Shown here piece after piece: positions 10,901 to 24,460 of a stretch of DNA of 64,000 nucleotides. How positions within the stretch are numbered: the stretch's first letter is position 1; the number at the start of each line of letters is the position of its first letter. This DNA comes from Zygnema circumcarinatum SAG 698-1b. Taxonomy: Eukaryota; Plantae; Zygnematophyceae. A program made the translations under genes and the position numbers. The notes under the pieces are model-generated. The model ran no database searches, was not told the DNA's origin, and saw only the letters and a list, made by a program, of their open reading frames with translations. The stretch lies in contig CM074819.1 of assembly GCA_037447605.1 (NCBI GenBank), positions 1,138,297 through 1,202,296 on the forward strand. Direction: 5' to 3'.

Positions 10901-12500
10901 ACGCATCTATTGTGTACAGGTTAGTCATCACTACCTTCAAGCTCTGAGCCTTTGGTTAAATTTTGGCCATTCCTTGAAGTCGCTCGTGGAAATACTGAAT
11001 TGTTTTTATACTGAGCTGGGCTCATATGATGGGATTATAATTGTTGACCTTTGCTCCAACGATTTGCTTAGATGTTTCTTGGTTGGTAATCTCTGAAACT
11101 CCTGTGCAACTTGACTTCATGAGATTCAAAACTCTTGAAATAGTTTGGATTCAACCGAACAAATTCTGGGCAGAACTTGCGGATCATCCTAGGCACACTT
11201 GTTCTAACTAGCGATTTCCTGAATCTGACTCTCCATTGACTTTCCGAATTAGAGTTGGAGCTTTCTGTTGCTCAAGTAAGCTATATAGGGTTCACGTAGA
11301 CTAAAATGCTCCAGGTGTTCAACTTATCCTTACGTAGAAATGTGCGTACTTTTATGGTTGCAGCATAGGGAGTGCAGGAGAGAAATCATTCGAAGAGGAT
11401 ATTTTTGCCCTGTTTGGAGCTGTTCCCTATACATTCGATCCGACTCTTCGGCCAGAAATTCGCCTTTCTATGAGCAGTCAGCCAAACCTTTACTTTTATG
11501 ATTTGGGTCTTTGGGCCACGACCGACCGCAAGGGTCGGTTTCCAGTGGCGAGCCTTCATGATATCATGCCACTGCTGAACCACACCTTCATCGATGTCTT
11601 CAAGATAGACTGTGAGGGCTGTGAGATTTTTGTTTTTGCTGAACTTATCGAAGCGATTGGGCCGTACGAGCCGGGGCAGAGAGTCCTATTTGGGCAGGTA
11701 TTGATGGAGCTTCACAAGTAAGTGGTCCACTTTCCCAGTGGACTGTATCCACTGCTAGAGCAGGCCTACTAACCTTCTGAGAAAAGTGTGCTTTTCTGTT
11801 CTTGCTGAGGCACCTTGAATTTGGACTGCCCTTAACAATACTGTCCCAATTGATCATATCTTGTAGTGATCATATCTAGTCCAAAAAATATGTAATTTGT
11901 CCGTTCCCTACATGGTGGACTAGGATGTAATCATCATGCGATATAATATGAGAAGGCCTTAACAATTTAACCATTACAATGTTTGGTGAAAGTTACCTCA
12001 ATCAACTTATTAGTCTATTGCTAACCTAATCTAGAAGTTCGTTTGAGTCTTCCTGACTTTTCTGTTGAACAACTGAAACTGCTTCAGTTCTTTAGGGGAC
12101 TTCGCGATGTTTTGGCTGAACTAAGTTAATCATAGGTATCCATCTTTTAGGTCAGCCTCAGGTCACCCTAAAAACCCTAAAAATCACCATTGAACCCACA
12201 GGACTGCCACATAAGTCCCTCTATCCCCATGCTTTTGCTCCTCTTGTGCTCACCTTGACTTACCCGTTCCCTGATGTGTTATCCTCTTCCAGCTTAAATG
12301 ATGCTTCAGTAACGTCACGTTTATTCTCAATCATGGAGGCACTTGGCTACCGCCTTTTCCATGCGGAACCAAATTGGTACTGTGATAGCTGTCTTGAGGT
12401 GGCATACATCCACGAGAGCTTGGTCCTACCGGCCAGCAAAAGGATCTCTAGCTATGTAACCAACAGTTCTTCTCCCTCTCCTCCTACCTCCGTCCTTTAA
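7903..12500 (+). CDS. Methyltransf_22 / METTL24-like SAM-dependent methyltransferase, probably type II membrane-anchored, with a long acidic stem
   Basis: Exons 7903 (or ATG 8014)-9039, 10507-10671, 10873-10919, 11364-11717 and 12293-12500 join in frame with GT-AG borders. Motifs C...ERLGEWGEGGKWIC, VYSIGSAGEKSFE, TFDPT, IDVFKIDCEGCE, QVLMELH, GYRLFHAEPN; hydrophobic segment VAVFIAILLLLQL near the N-terminus. Start codon uncertain. Confidence 0.8.
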
Positions 12501-14043
12501 ATTATCCAGTTCTGTTCTCCTTTCTTTCTCTTTCCTCACCCCATTTCTTCCGTCTTCCTACCTCCACACGCGTTCCCCCTGCCCCCCCACCCTTCCCTCC
12601 CTCTTTCTCATTTCCCCCCACCCTCCCTCTCTCTCATCCCCCCCCACCCTCCCCTCTCCCCCCTTTCTCCCTTAAAGCATTTTCCTCTCTCTCTCGTCCT
12701 AAAGGTAACTAAGATGGTGACGAACAAGGATCCAATCAAACTGTCTCTTTCCTCCCTCCCAGTCCTTTGTTTCGACGAGCTCACAAGTGGGCTCAATCAG
12801 TCGTGAAAGGGATAGGATTTTTTGCTGATATTGATTCTTTGTAGAGGAGAGGAGGCTGTGCTCTCCTTCCTTCCGTTGGCAATAAGGCGTGGGCTGTCCA
12901 TGGGTGGGTGTAGCAGCATGCGTCAATCATCACTTGTAAGTTCGCCTTGGTTAAGGCCCGTCAAAGTTATGTCTAACCATGGTCAGTAGGTACTTCGTTT
13001 GTCAAACTGCAATTCTTTATTCCTTGATTTTAAAGGAGCAGCCCTGAGTGCAGTATGGCAGCTGGTTCTTGAGGTAATGATCTGTGGCCATCCATGTCGT
13101 TCGATCTCTCCCTCTTTTTCTCCCTCTCTCTCTTTTTAACCCCTCTTACAAGACTTCCCACCCCCCCCGCTCATAAGGCCTCCCACTCCCTCCACTTACA
13201 AGAGCACCCCATCCGATCCACTCCAAAACTTCTCCAGCCCTTCTCTCACGAAATCTCTCCATCCCTCTCACAAGACCACGCATCTCTCTCCCAAAAACCT
13301 GCACCTCCCTCCTCTCACAAGGCCTACCATCCCTCCTGTCACAAGACCTCCCCAAGGAAAAAATGGTGTGGACTGTATGAACGGTACCGTGGGAGGACTA
13401 CCAGTCCTTTCGCTGTTACAGACCCCTTCTAGGGAACATCGTACGACTTGACAGTTGAAACCTCCGTTGGGAAGCTTAGCGGTACCGGTCGAAAATCAAC
13501 ACTAGGGAAATGAAGTTGGTTGGGCATAGGCTCGTCGCCATAGATGGGGTCGGAGTTAAAACCAGGTTCGGGACTTTCCCGTGATGCTGTCAGAAAAAGT
13601 CCAAGTCTGATAAACCCTAATAAAGACAAGGATGTAAAAAGTAGGGTCCCAATATTCACCAGTTTCAATGAACAATGGCCCATTCACAATACTGCATATA
13701 CTGTTTCTGAACATTGACATCCTCGAGCCAAGCTATCCTCAAATCTGCAATTTTGGTTTCTACTGTTTCACGGCTTCTTAATCCGGAAACTTAATTGCAT
13801 GGGGAAACCACCATCACAGTGGAGAATCCCTAGCAAGCCCTCACACAGGCTATAGCACCCCCTTTCCCCTAAAAAGGGCACAGGTGGCAGGGGTCACCCC
13901 AAGGATACAGAAAGAAATTCCAATTTTTAGACAGCGAAACATTCGTTTTTCTCCAACCGATAGGCTACACATATCATCACAATTCCATTAAAAAACTACA
14001 CATCAGCTCCTTTTTCGACATTTAACGAAAATCTACGGCATTT

Positions 14044-15886
14044 TCACGGGGTAGAAGAGGTCGACGACGGTTGCCAGCTGTCCACCTTTGCCCACCCGCG
14101 CTGCCCCGGGTTCATGGCATGGCCCTTGGCGAGGTAGATATTGGTGTTGCCACGGCCAGTGAGGTTGGGCTTGTGCTCCTTGTGGTACATGGGCTTCAGG
14201 GCCTCCAGCTGGCCAGGGAGAGACCCCACCGACACTCCATCAATCACCTACCTCTCTCTCTCTCCCCACCTCTATCCCCCTAGCTCTACCTCTCTCCCTT
14301 CTGTCCCAGTCAATCTGACCACCTTTTCTCTTTGCATCTCTCCCTCTCTTTCTCTCCCTCTATCACTCTATCATCCTTCCCCCCCACACCCCTCCTCTCC
14401 CCGCCCCCTCCCGATGAAAGGATGTGTGAGGTGTACCTGTTCCGGAGTATAGTCATTGATGTGGTGCAGCCAGCCATGCCACTCAGGGGGAACTGAGGAG
14501 GCATTGTAGTTGTACGAGTCTTTGTACTCCACCCATCTATGTCGGCCTGCACAATACTCAGATTAGTTTCAGTTTCGGTTCAGTTACCCCAAATGACTCA
14601 CTTCAGCATGCCACTCCTACTTCGTTGAGTGGGACCAAACGAGATCAAGCTGGCCAGAATCCATCTTGCAAAACCTAAAACAAGTCTGCAATGACGCAGC
14701 TCATTTCTTAAACTAATAAGAGATAAATGATGCTCTCAACAATAAGAGCTCCATTCGGAACTTCAAGTTTTAGAGATTTTAAGGGCCTTGAAGCTTTTGA
14801 GGGTTTCAAGAACTGCAGGCTCTCGAAGGAGTTCGGGGTTACCATACTGAGAGTCCATCTTCTCAAAATATTTATTTCCAGACTGGTCCTCTCCAACAAG
14901 AGTTGCTCCGACGCGCCTCATTTTCGTCTGACTGAGATATGACAATCACTCGTTCAGAAAACGTTCCAGACACACAACAAGGACTACTAGCAAGTACAAA
15001 AAAAACATTAATCCTGTGAAACTTTCTCAGAGATAAAAGGGAAATCATTTGTAGAAAGACAGTCCAAACAATCGAAAAAACAAGTTTTTTATCACGTTCT
15101 GTGCCTCTTCTTTTCTCAAAACTAAACGTATCTCGGTTTAAAGGAAAGTAATTTAAACGCGGAATATTTTAAACTTATAGATATGTCAATACTCGGATGC
15201 TAGCGCGCTAGAAATAAATGCAATCAGGGATTTCAGGACTCGAAATCATTCGATCTCCAAAGCAGTTGATAGTGTGTGAAGTCATCAGGATTGCCAGGGC
15301 TTCCAAACCTTTTCAAAAGGTTTGAAGCTTTCAAAAATTTCAAATGCTTCAAAAATTTCAAGGCTTTCAAGTACTTCAGGATTGTCAAGAGGTTTGAACT
15401 TTCAGGATTTTCAGTGTGAATTCAGCACTCACAACAGGTTGCCATCGAGGAGCGACCACCTGCAATGAAGCAAAATCGCGGCAGTCAAAAACTGCGAGAA
15501 CTTTCACTTCACTCTTACATCTCCCCTCTTCACTCTCTCCCATTCCATCACCCCTGTTCCCCATTCCCCTTCGTCCCTTCCCCTCTCTCTCTTTCCCAGT
15601 CACCATTCCCTCTCTCGCTCTCCCACACTGCTCTCCATTCCCTCACACGTTCGCTCATCCAGTTGCCCCTGCCTTCTCCCCCCCTCACCCTATCCCTGCC
15701 AGCCATCCCCCTCACCCAAATCACGTTTCTCTTAACCTCTCCCCCACCCTTCCCCTCCCTCCCTCTCCCTCCCCCCTCCCCCCCTGCTGCTCACAGGAAG
15801 CCCTCATTGGCCGCGCTTTTCAGTGCTCCAATGAGGCCGCGCTCTCGCACGACCCCCAGCGCGGCCCGCACGTGTGCCAGCACCAT
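14044..15886 (-). CDS. NDUFA12: NADH:ubiquinone oxidoreductase subunit A12 (B17.2), 5 exons
   Basis: Exons 15886-15795, 15459-15433, 14931-14843, 14546-14437 and 14208-14044 join in frame: MVLAHVRAALGVVRERGL..DGNLFQTK..GATLVGEDQSGNKYFEK..QYGRHRWVEY..NASSVPPEWHGWLHHI..KGHAMNPG. Confidence 0.95.
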
Positions 15887-16858
15887 GGCCACGCAGCAGC
15901 AACAGCAGCAGCAGTGGAGGGGAGTGAACGAGGGAGAGGGAGGACAGTGCGGAGGACACAACTTAGGGTTACGACGTCTGCATGGAACTGCTCCTCCGTT
16001 CTGCTCCGTTCGCAGTTCCGTTCAGAGCTGTCGAGAAAATATCGTATCGCTATGTATCTCCAACTTTAAATATATCGCAACGCAATGTATTGTCAATACC
16101 GATTATATCGTGTACAATCCTGTATATCGACTATATCGAAGAATCGTATGTTGTATTGTTAATATCGAGTGTATCGCTCCCTCTCGAGTGGAGCGGTCCC
16201 TCAGCGGTTATCGTTGGAAAAAAATAGGAGCACAGCCGAGCGCTGCATATGTCAAACTACCGTAAAGTACGGTTAGTACGGGCTGGTACGTACAGTTGAT
16301 GCGTTGGGTGAATATTTCAGAAAAAAAAGCAAAAGAAGTGCTCAAATCTCACATCCGTTTCCTTCATAAGTTGAGCCCTTCACAAATTCAAGGTCGACAA
16401 ACATGATGCCATGAACCATGGAGAGCAGGTTCCAGTTTTCCCTCATAAAGCATGGGGTTTTTGGTAAACCCCACTTCCGCACTGCTATCTAGGTTCGCCC
16501 AGCCCCCAAAAGGAAAAAAAAAAACGGATACATTACAATAGAAGACACTTCGGATCACAAGGAGGACCAATTTTAATAGAAGCTTGAAGCCGTGTTGTTT
16601 CCATGGACTGATTTATGTACAAAGGTTACGGCTCGGCTTCAGGAACTTTCCATAGAAATTCGCTTCTAAGCTTATTGTCAGGTCAATGAAAAGCCCCTGT
16701 CTGGTCAGACCTGTACAGCCTGGAAAAATCCGTAAACTGCTTCCATGCTTAAACCCTACTCCTAAAAATACACAATGCCGTTCTTTACACGAACGAATGT
16801 ATGGCCCTGGTCAGTTTGGATCCCTCAAACTCAACGGCTCCTTATCATTACATAGAAC

Positions 16859-19800
16859 TTATCTCGACTCCGCTCTCTGAACCAGCCATAATGCCTCCTC
16901 TCCCCCCACTTCAGCCTCTCTGTACACATCACCAAACAGGAGGGGAGGGGAGGCCCTGCCATCCCTCTCCCCCTGCGGGCCGGTCCCTATATTTATACTT
17001 GAAACTTTGTCTGAATCTAAGACAAAATCTACCGGCCTTCTCCACACTCCTTCCATCTGCTCTCCCCCACTCTGTCTCCCTCCCATCATCCTCCCACTCC
17101 TTCCGGACACTTCTGAATGTCTCTGCGAGCTTAGCCGTCGCGTCACCCACTCTCTCTCTCTATCCTCCTCACTGTCGTCTGTGTCCTGCGCACACACATG
17201 CCTCTCTCTCTCAACCAACGACTGCTCTTCCCTTGGATTCATGTCTCGAAACGGAACCACAAATGGTCCTCCTTGTCTCGGCATTGACTTTGGAGATGAG
17301 CCGCTTCCATGCCCATAATGGTTCTGAAGACCTCCAATAAATTTTTCGGCCATAAAAAACTCTGCTTCCGTTCCTGCCGAGTCTCTCATCCCCATTCCTA
17401 CCCCTTCATGCCACTGCTGAGAACTGACATCGTGCTCTGAAGGATGCTCAATATTCCCGGACTTCTGCTCTTCACCTTCACAGTCTTCTCTCAAGTAATG
17501 GGCTCTGCCTTCACTCTCAGATTCGTGTCTGCTTGCAGCAGACACAGCAGACTCAGACATATAGAATCTGTCAATTCCGAACAGGTCATTTACCTGCTCG
17601 TAATTCACCTGATCCTGTCCCTTTTCATGACGAAAGTTCCACGAACTCGCCGGAGAATCTATACGCTGCTTAAGCTGATGCTTATCATATACACAAACAT
17701 TATGGGTCTCTAGACTGACTGAGCGTGCATTCACTACAAAGGTTTGTTTGTCCAGATAGACTCCCTTCACTCCAGCTGAGGTAGCTAACTTTCCAGTGGA
17801 ATCATGCGAAGAAAAGGGCATGGGGCAGGGAAAATTCTTTTGTTGATAGTCGTATTCTGTCTGTGACTGATGACGGAATCCACCAGGCAGAGTTCCATGT
17901 GAACTTGTGGACAAATGTGAGGACGTGGAAGGGTGAGGCATGCCTGCATTTGGGATTAAGTTTTGCTCCTGGAGATGAGAGAGTCTGGAGAGAAACTCTT
18001 TCCCATTGAAATCCGGTTCCCAATTGGGGTAGTGACTCTTAAACCTGCCACCAGCAAAAAACAAAGGTTGCAGCAGGCCTTCAGTTTTTTTCCACCTTAT
18101 GGAGATTTCAGAATTCTTCATAGGTATGTAACAGATAACCAACAACAAGGCCTGCCGTTTCAACCCCTTCAAACCTGAAATTCGGAGCTAAGCCTTTTCA
18201 TACATTGTGAAACAACTACGGCTACTTGTGTTTGTTCAACAAGACTCCTAGAAGGGTATGAAGAAGTAGAAGAAGAAGAAGAAGAAGAAGAAGAAGAAGA
18301 AGAAGGAGAAGAAGAAGAAAGAAGACGAAGGGTATGGGCCCTAATGAACATATCGCTAGCTTACCCAATAAAGGACTTCTCCATCTTCCCCTGCGAAGAA
18401 CGTCGATACTTGCTGGCATGAAAGGGGGACCCGTACTTGCTGTTTCCATGGAGCTCAAAGTCGAAGACACTGAGACTGTCCTCCTCACCAGCCCCATAAA
18501 CCACGTTAGTTAGTTATGCTAGTTGTGAAGTATAATGTTAGTCATGTTAACTACCACCCGTTCAAAGGGTCACCAGTAAAGTCTGCCACGAGGAGAGGGA
18601 GAAGGGGCAATAGGGGGCCAGGGGAGTGGGAGGGGAAAGGCTGGGAGGGAAATTGAAGCGAGCGAAGGGAGTGGGGAGAGGGAGCAAGAGAAGTGGGAGG
18701 GAAGATTAGTGAGAACCTCTCTCTTCTATACCGAGCCTGCCCTTAAAAAGTGTATTGATCAGAAACGTGGGTTCTAACCCATGAACTCGTCTTCATTAGG
18801 AAATAAGTGCGAGGTTGAAAGGAAGGGGAGATAACCTGCAAACGTGGCCGACCCCTTCGACATGGACAGTGAACTCCTGTACAAATTGAAGTATCCTGTT
18901 CACACACTGTTCAAACAGGAAGGAAACGGACGGACGGAGGGGAGGAGAGAGGAGAGGGATGAGAGGAGAAATGAAGTGGTGGATACATGGAAGAAAAATT
19001 ACTTGCAGAACAACTCAGAAAACACTTCTCAACTTCACTGAACAAAGACAAGGCACTGATGTCACTACCGGATCATAATGAGCCAAGACAAAAAAAAACA
19101 TTCCCAAATAAATGAGAATCCACATAAAGCGAGAGGAAGTGCCGAACGTTCTGATCACTGCAAAAGGGTTTTTAGAAGCAAGTTGGGCCTACCTTAGGTA
19201 AACAAAACCAGAGGAGAAAGGGAGTCACAAAAATGGAGATCATTTCTTCCAAAAACAAAATAGCCTTAAACTGCTCCCCACCACCACCCAACTCCGCATG
19301 CGATTGGAGTTTCACAATGTACTACTGATGCCAACAAATAAACCAGCGAGTTTTTGCAAATAAATCTATTCAAATGGAACGGGCAGAAGCTATCAGATAG
19401 TCAAAAGGAGGCGTCAGATGGTCAGCTCTATGGTTTGGTCGATGGGTGAACATGGATACGATGGGTTCCCATATTTTGACAAGCTAATGACGATCTTCCG
19501 TAAATGCCCGAGTAACCAGTTTAATACAAGCAGTTCTTGAATAAAAACTGCTTGCAGAAGCGTGTACGGGTCAATTCAATACACATTTCAAAAGGCTTAG
19601 AATGGCATCAACAATTACCAACGAATGGCTACCAATGAACGTCTACCAATGAACGGCTACCAATGAATGGCTACCAATGAATGGCAACTAATGAATGGCT
19701 ACCAATGAATGGCTACCAATGAATGGCTACCAATGAATGGCTACCAATGAATGGCTACCAATGAATGGCTACCAATGAATGGCTCCCAATGAATGGCTTC

Positions 19801-22800
19801 CAAGATGCATAACTTCCCTCCCTGCAGTACGCATCTGTACCTGAAAAAGAGCCTCGAATTCAGCTCGGACCAAGTCTGTGTTTGCTGCTCCTCGCCAGTG
19901 TTTGGGAAGGTAATGAGTGTGGCAGACTATGCGGTACATGCAGCCCTCCGGGTCAAACACAGTGTTTTCTTCCGTGACCAAGGATCTGCTTATAGCCAAA
20001 ATGGTTCCCAGTATTGCAGCATACCAGAGCAGGTTTCTTCCCCAAATCTGAAAAGAAAGAAAGGCAAAAGAACAAGCCAGATCAAAGTCAACGGCTTGAA
20101 CAAGTTGGAAAAAAAAGGCCCGGTATTTAAGTCGAAAGGGACAAAAAAGTAATTTGGCAGTCTGGTATGAACTTTGCATGTTGGCACGTGCCTTCACTCT
20201 GACCGAAGTTCACTATATATCTGCACATCTAGCTAACTAACGACAATCAAAATCAACGAAATGAGGCTGAAACACGGAGACAATGGTATTGAAACACGGA
20301 TTACTTTTGTGCACTTATGCATTAGAGGCCACTATGCTCTAATAACTCCTCTTATTGCGAAGGATGAAGCGATATCCAGGGAGGTAAAGCTGTACACAAA
20401 GTGTGAGGGAGGGAAGAAAGCTGAGGGCCCAGGAAAAGGAACTTATGTGTGGCTGAATTCTCATATTGATGTTAGCATTGTTATGCTGTAATTGTGTATG
20501 TAACACCAACCTCTCCAGTTAAATGCTCCCTTCTCCCTCTCTTACACGAGAGCGAAAAGTGGGTGGCAAAAACCAACCTGTGCCTCCAGCAGAGACTCGT
20601 CCACAAGCGCCATTGCTAATAGAACAGCTGCAAACGCTCCCGCAACAAAGGAAACGAACTTTGCCACCATGGAAATGATTGGCGAGGGAAACTGCTTCCC
20701 ATACTCCGCCGCATGCTGGTAGCTCGTATTCAGCCGCTGCACGAACAGGTGTTCAAGCTGGAATAGCCCCCTCTCCCATCGCCACCCCACCACACCAAAC
20801 AAGAAAAAGAGGAAAGCAAAAACAGTAGGACTCAGCAACAGCCAGAAACAGCATCCAAACATCCACAAAACCCACAAAACTCATAAAGAAAAATCAAGCC
20901 TATGGTGGACAGGACTCACCTTCTCTGAATGCTCAAAGCCCAATCACGCAAGTTTTTCATAGAGCATGTTAAAAACCATCCCATATCCTCTCCTTCCCTT
21001 CACTCTTATCTTCGTTGTTGTGATCAGCACCCTTAGGAAGACTGCGTTTGAAGGACGGCTAGTGATTTGATTTGACCCAATTTTATCATATTTGGGCATG
21101 AAGTACAGTTGCCCCTCACCTCATTGAACTCACGAAACTTCCACTTGGCGAGGTTGGACCAGCGGCGTGAACCAGCTGTTGTAGGGTGATGATAAAACCG
21201 CTCAGCATTCCGTAAAAAGAAATATATGAACAAGAAGATACTCAAGAATGGGGATAGAGCAAGCATCAGGAGACCCACTGCCCGAAACCTCTTCCTCAAA
21301 ATCTGTGAATTGCTGGAGAAGTCCTTCCTGATGAGAAAATTCCTACATAACAGAGGTGACAAGCATAGTTGCATAGATGTGAGTCAGACAAAGCTGTAAA
21401 TTCCAAACCAACCAATTGAGTTAGCTAGTTCCAAGAGGAGAAGCTTCTGACCCAAGGTGGTGGTCAACCAGTCAGCCACCTGCCCTAAAGTAGGCATGCA
21501 TGAAGTCACAAGTCACAAGTGCATGAAGTCGACATTGACTCACTGGTCAAACATATGGTGCAAAATGCACCATTGCAGGCTCCACTCCACTGTTTTTGTA
21601 AGAAGAAGACGCTGACCAGGCCCCGCCATTCCCCCTCCTGAAGCAGGCCCCGCCCCTGGAAACCATGCGGGAATGTCCATTCCCAGCACTCCCTTGTTGA
21701 GCATTCCAATCATGTAATTCTCCTTCCGCATAATTCGGCTCACCATATCATGGGCTGTGAGGTTCCGAGCTATGCAGAGTCTCTGCTGCTTCTGGTGGGC
21801 CACCATGCTGTCCACTAAAGCTGGCCAGGCCATAGTTTGCAACTCGCGGTCGGTGATTTCGAGACTGCTATGCCAATGCAAGATTCAACGGAAAGAAAGG
21901 AAAAAAAGATAAGCATCATAATTGTGTATCTGAATGAAAAGGGACAAACTATACTTGAGCTTAAAACAAGCCTAACTCTTGCGAGTTCTGCCATCGGTTC
22001 CACGCAGTTCATGGAATTCAACCTCCACAAACTAATGCAAAAAGTCACATGATCTTTCCCGAAATCTGAAACAATTCTCAAAATCTCCACTGCCACTCAA
22101 CATTTCCACTAAGCGCGGTACAATCTCAGCCCGCTGAAAGGGAGATAAGAACTTCCTATGAATCAAGGCTGAATACACATCAAGTTTATGAAAAAAAGGG
22201 AAAAATGCACAAGCTTAAAGATGCAGGCACCTCTTGTGGCAGAAGTCACGAATTTCGAGGGTGTCTCGGAGTTGCACAAAGAAACGAACAAAGCAGTAGA
22301 GCCAGTAGAGAGAGAACACGAAAAGGTAACCGAGTACAACTGCCCGGAACAATGTGAAGGGTCGTAGGGGGTCCTTGTTTAAGCCCTCCTCTACTAAGTT
22401 GCAGGGTGGCTCCCCTTCTTCAGCTGCTGCCACTCCACAGCGAGCCGATAGCAGGCCGGGCCAATTAACAAACAACATAAGGAATCCAGAGAAGATGATA
22501 GTGAAGCCTAATGTGAGCAGCTCCATCACCCACTGCAACCATAAAACAAAAGTAGTAATTTGGTAAGAAGAGGAAGAGGGGAGCAACCATGTTCGCTGAC
22601 GAGAGTATGAAAGAGAGGAAGCTTAACTCCGAGCATAGTTCCTCCAGTCTTCCTATCTTGTGTAGAATTGCGTGCTTGACTTGCAAGTCCATGGAAGGTT
22701 ACTCTGGTTAAGCGACGTCTTTAACGACGATTCTTAATCCCGCTACCGAGCATTACTTCATGGATAAACAACAAACAACAATGCAGTTTTCCAGAATAAA

Positions 22801-23068
22801 CCGGCGAGTACAGAGGCTTTGACAAGACGTCCACTCACTCACTCACCTGCGTTACAATACACCAAAACCCTTTATCGCAGTAGTAACGATAGACTCTCTG
22901 AAAAAAATGGTCCAAATCTGCAGGAGGCTGAAATTTCCTGTTCTCTCCTTGGAAGTAGTCAGGCGGACTGCAAGCCGTTCTATGCGGTGCGTCACTGGCA
23001 GTTCCGTCATACTGAACGCCGTCCAGCGGCACATAACCCATACCCTCCAGAGCGCCATCGGTGCACAT
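16859..23068 (-). CDS. ATG9: Autophagy-related protein 9 (lipid scramblase), about 10 coding exons
   Basis: Exon peptides DLDHFFQRVYRYYCDKGFWCI, ELLTLGFTIIFSGFL, HDMVSRIMRKENYMIGMLNKG, LLTKTVEWSL, RRWSNLAKWKFREFNE, HTHYLPKHW, FTVHVEGVGHVCS and SSQGKMEKSF, then a long low-complexity last exon (18044-16859). Start codon (MCTDG, 23068) and C-terminal extent are less certain. Confidence 0.93.
19614..19803. repeat. 14-bp minisatellite (GAATGGCTACCAAT)n, about 13 units, in an ATG9 intron
   Basis: Directly visible tandem array with a few variant units. Confidence 0.95.
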
Positions 23069-23369
23069 GCTAGTCACAGAAACAGAGCCAATTCTTTCCT
23101 TGGTTGCCTCCACTTCCTGAAAGTAATCAACAAGAAAGGACCAAAAAGAAAAGAGTAACATGTAACTAGCTGATATATCCCTCAGCAATTCAGAAGATAC
23201 CTTTGCTATTAAGCCTGCCGAAACAAGCCTGCTGGCTTCTTCAAATTCCAAAGACAGGCGAGAGAACAGAGGTCCATGTGAGACAATTAGACCACTCAAT
23301 TAAACATTCACAATTGCTAAGCAATTGCGATTTTTTTTCCTTGTCGGAGACTCTCTCCCTGCATGCTAG

Positions 23370-23410
23370 CCCTAACCCTACCCTAACGCTAACGCTAACC
23401 CTAACCCTAA
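23370..23410 (-). repeat. Short (CCCTAA)n tract reading TTAGGG on the ATG9 sense strand, in an inferred 5'-UTR intron (23433-23117)
   Basis: CCCTAACCCTACCCTAACGCTAACGCTAACCCTAACCCTAA. A candidate donor GAAG|GTTTGG at 23433 and acceptor TTTCAG|GAAG at 23117 lie on the minus strand. Confidence 0.75.
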
Positions 23411-23993
23411 TGTTTCCAAAACGTCGTCCAAACCTTCACTTCTGAACCCTACAAATTGCAGAAAAGTACCGAACGGGCGTCAGAGTGCAGGCGTACCAGA
23501 ACTCTGTAGCCCGCCTCCCAATTATCACCGACAGAAGTACGGAAGGCGGCGCGAGACGCGGTGCAGGCCAGCCATGGCGGCGAGGGCGAGGCTGCAGGGC
23601 GGCCCGCCCCTGCTCAAAGCCTGCCTCCCACTGCAGGCGCCCACTACGCCACGTGGCACCAGGAAAAAAGCGGGCAACGGGCAGCGGGCAGCGGGCAGGC
23701 TTAAAATGTTTTATTTTTGACAGGGGCATGGAGAGGCCCCTCTCTGACCGTCAGATGCGCATCCAAGATTGTTGACGTTTGATCTGGACGGCCAGAAATC
23801 TGCCCGACACAATGTCTGGAAAGGAGAGTCTGGAATTTTGGCTGACCGGAAAAATGGATGCGACGTCGAGAGAGAGAGACGCCGGGCTGTACGGACGGGA
23901 CGGTGCCGCATCGCCGATTTATCTCGATTTTGCTGGGCAGGCGAGGGCGGTTACCGCGCGCTTACGTCATAGCTTTCTGAATGTGACGCATGT

Positions 23994-24460
23994 CCACGTG
24001 ACATATCCAACGGCCATTTGTCGGAAAACACTTGCCCATCCAACGGCCAAAATCTACTGACTGCCAGCGTGGCACATCCAACCGCCATAATCTACTTTCT
24101 ACCAACGTGGCACATCTAACGGCCAAATCTACTTTTTGCCATCAAATCCAATGGACAAAATCTACTGTCTGCGAACGTGGCACATCCAACGGCCAAAATC
24201 TACTTTCTAGAACCGTGGCACATCCAATGGCCAAAATCTACTGCTTACTAACGTGACACATCCAACGGCCAAGATCTACTTTCGCCAACGTGGCAAATCC
24301 AACGGCCATGTATACTACCTGCCAACGTAGCACATCCAATGGCCAAAATCTACTGGCTGCCAACGTGGCACATCCAACGGCCAATGTCTATTGTTTGCCA
24401 GTGTGACACATCCAACGGCCATTTTCCCCGACGCCCCGCCACGTGTCCATCCAACGGTCC
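23994..24460. repeat. Tandem array of 13 units (~38 bp), core ACGTGGCACATCCAACGGCCAAAATCTACT, in the ATG9/SRbeta divergent promoter
   Basis: ATC(C/T)AA(C/T)(G/C)G recurs at about 24005, 24038, 24076, 24114, 24146, 24184, 24222, 24260, 24297, 24335, 24372, 24410 and 24449. Confidence 0.92.

Noticed and set aside
13429-13683. 84-aa minus-strand ORF with a hydrophobic start
   Set aside because: Lies in the NDUFA12 3' region with no homology I can recognise and no clear gene structure.
23994-24460. CRISPR-like look of a conserved repeat plus variable linker
   Set aside because: Linkers are only ~8 nt and related to one another, repeats are degenerate, the context is eukaryotic and there are no cas genes.
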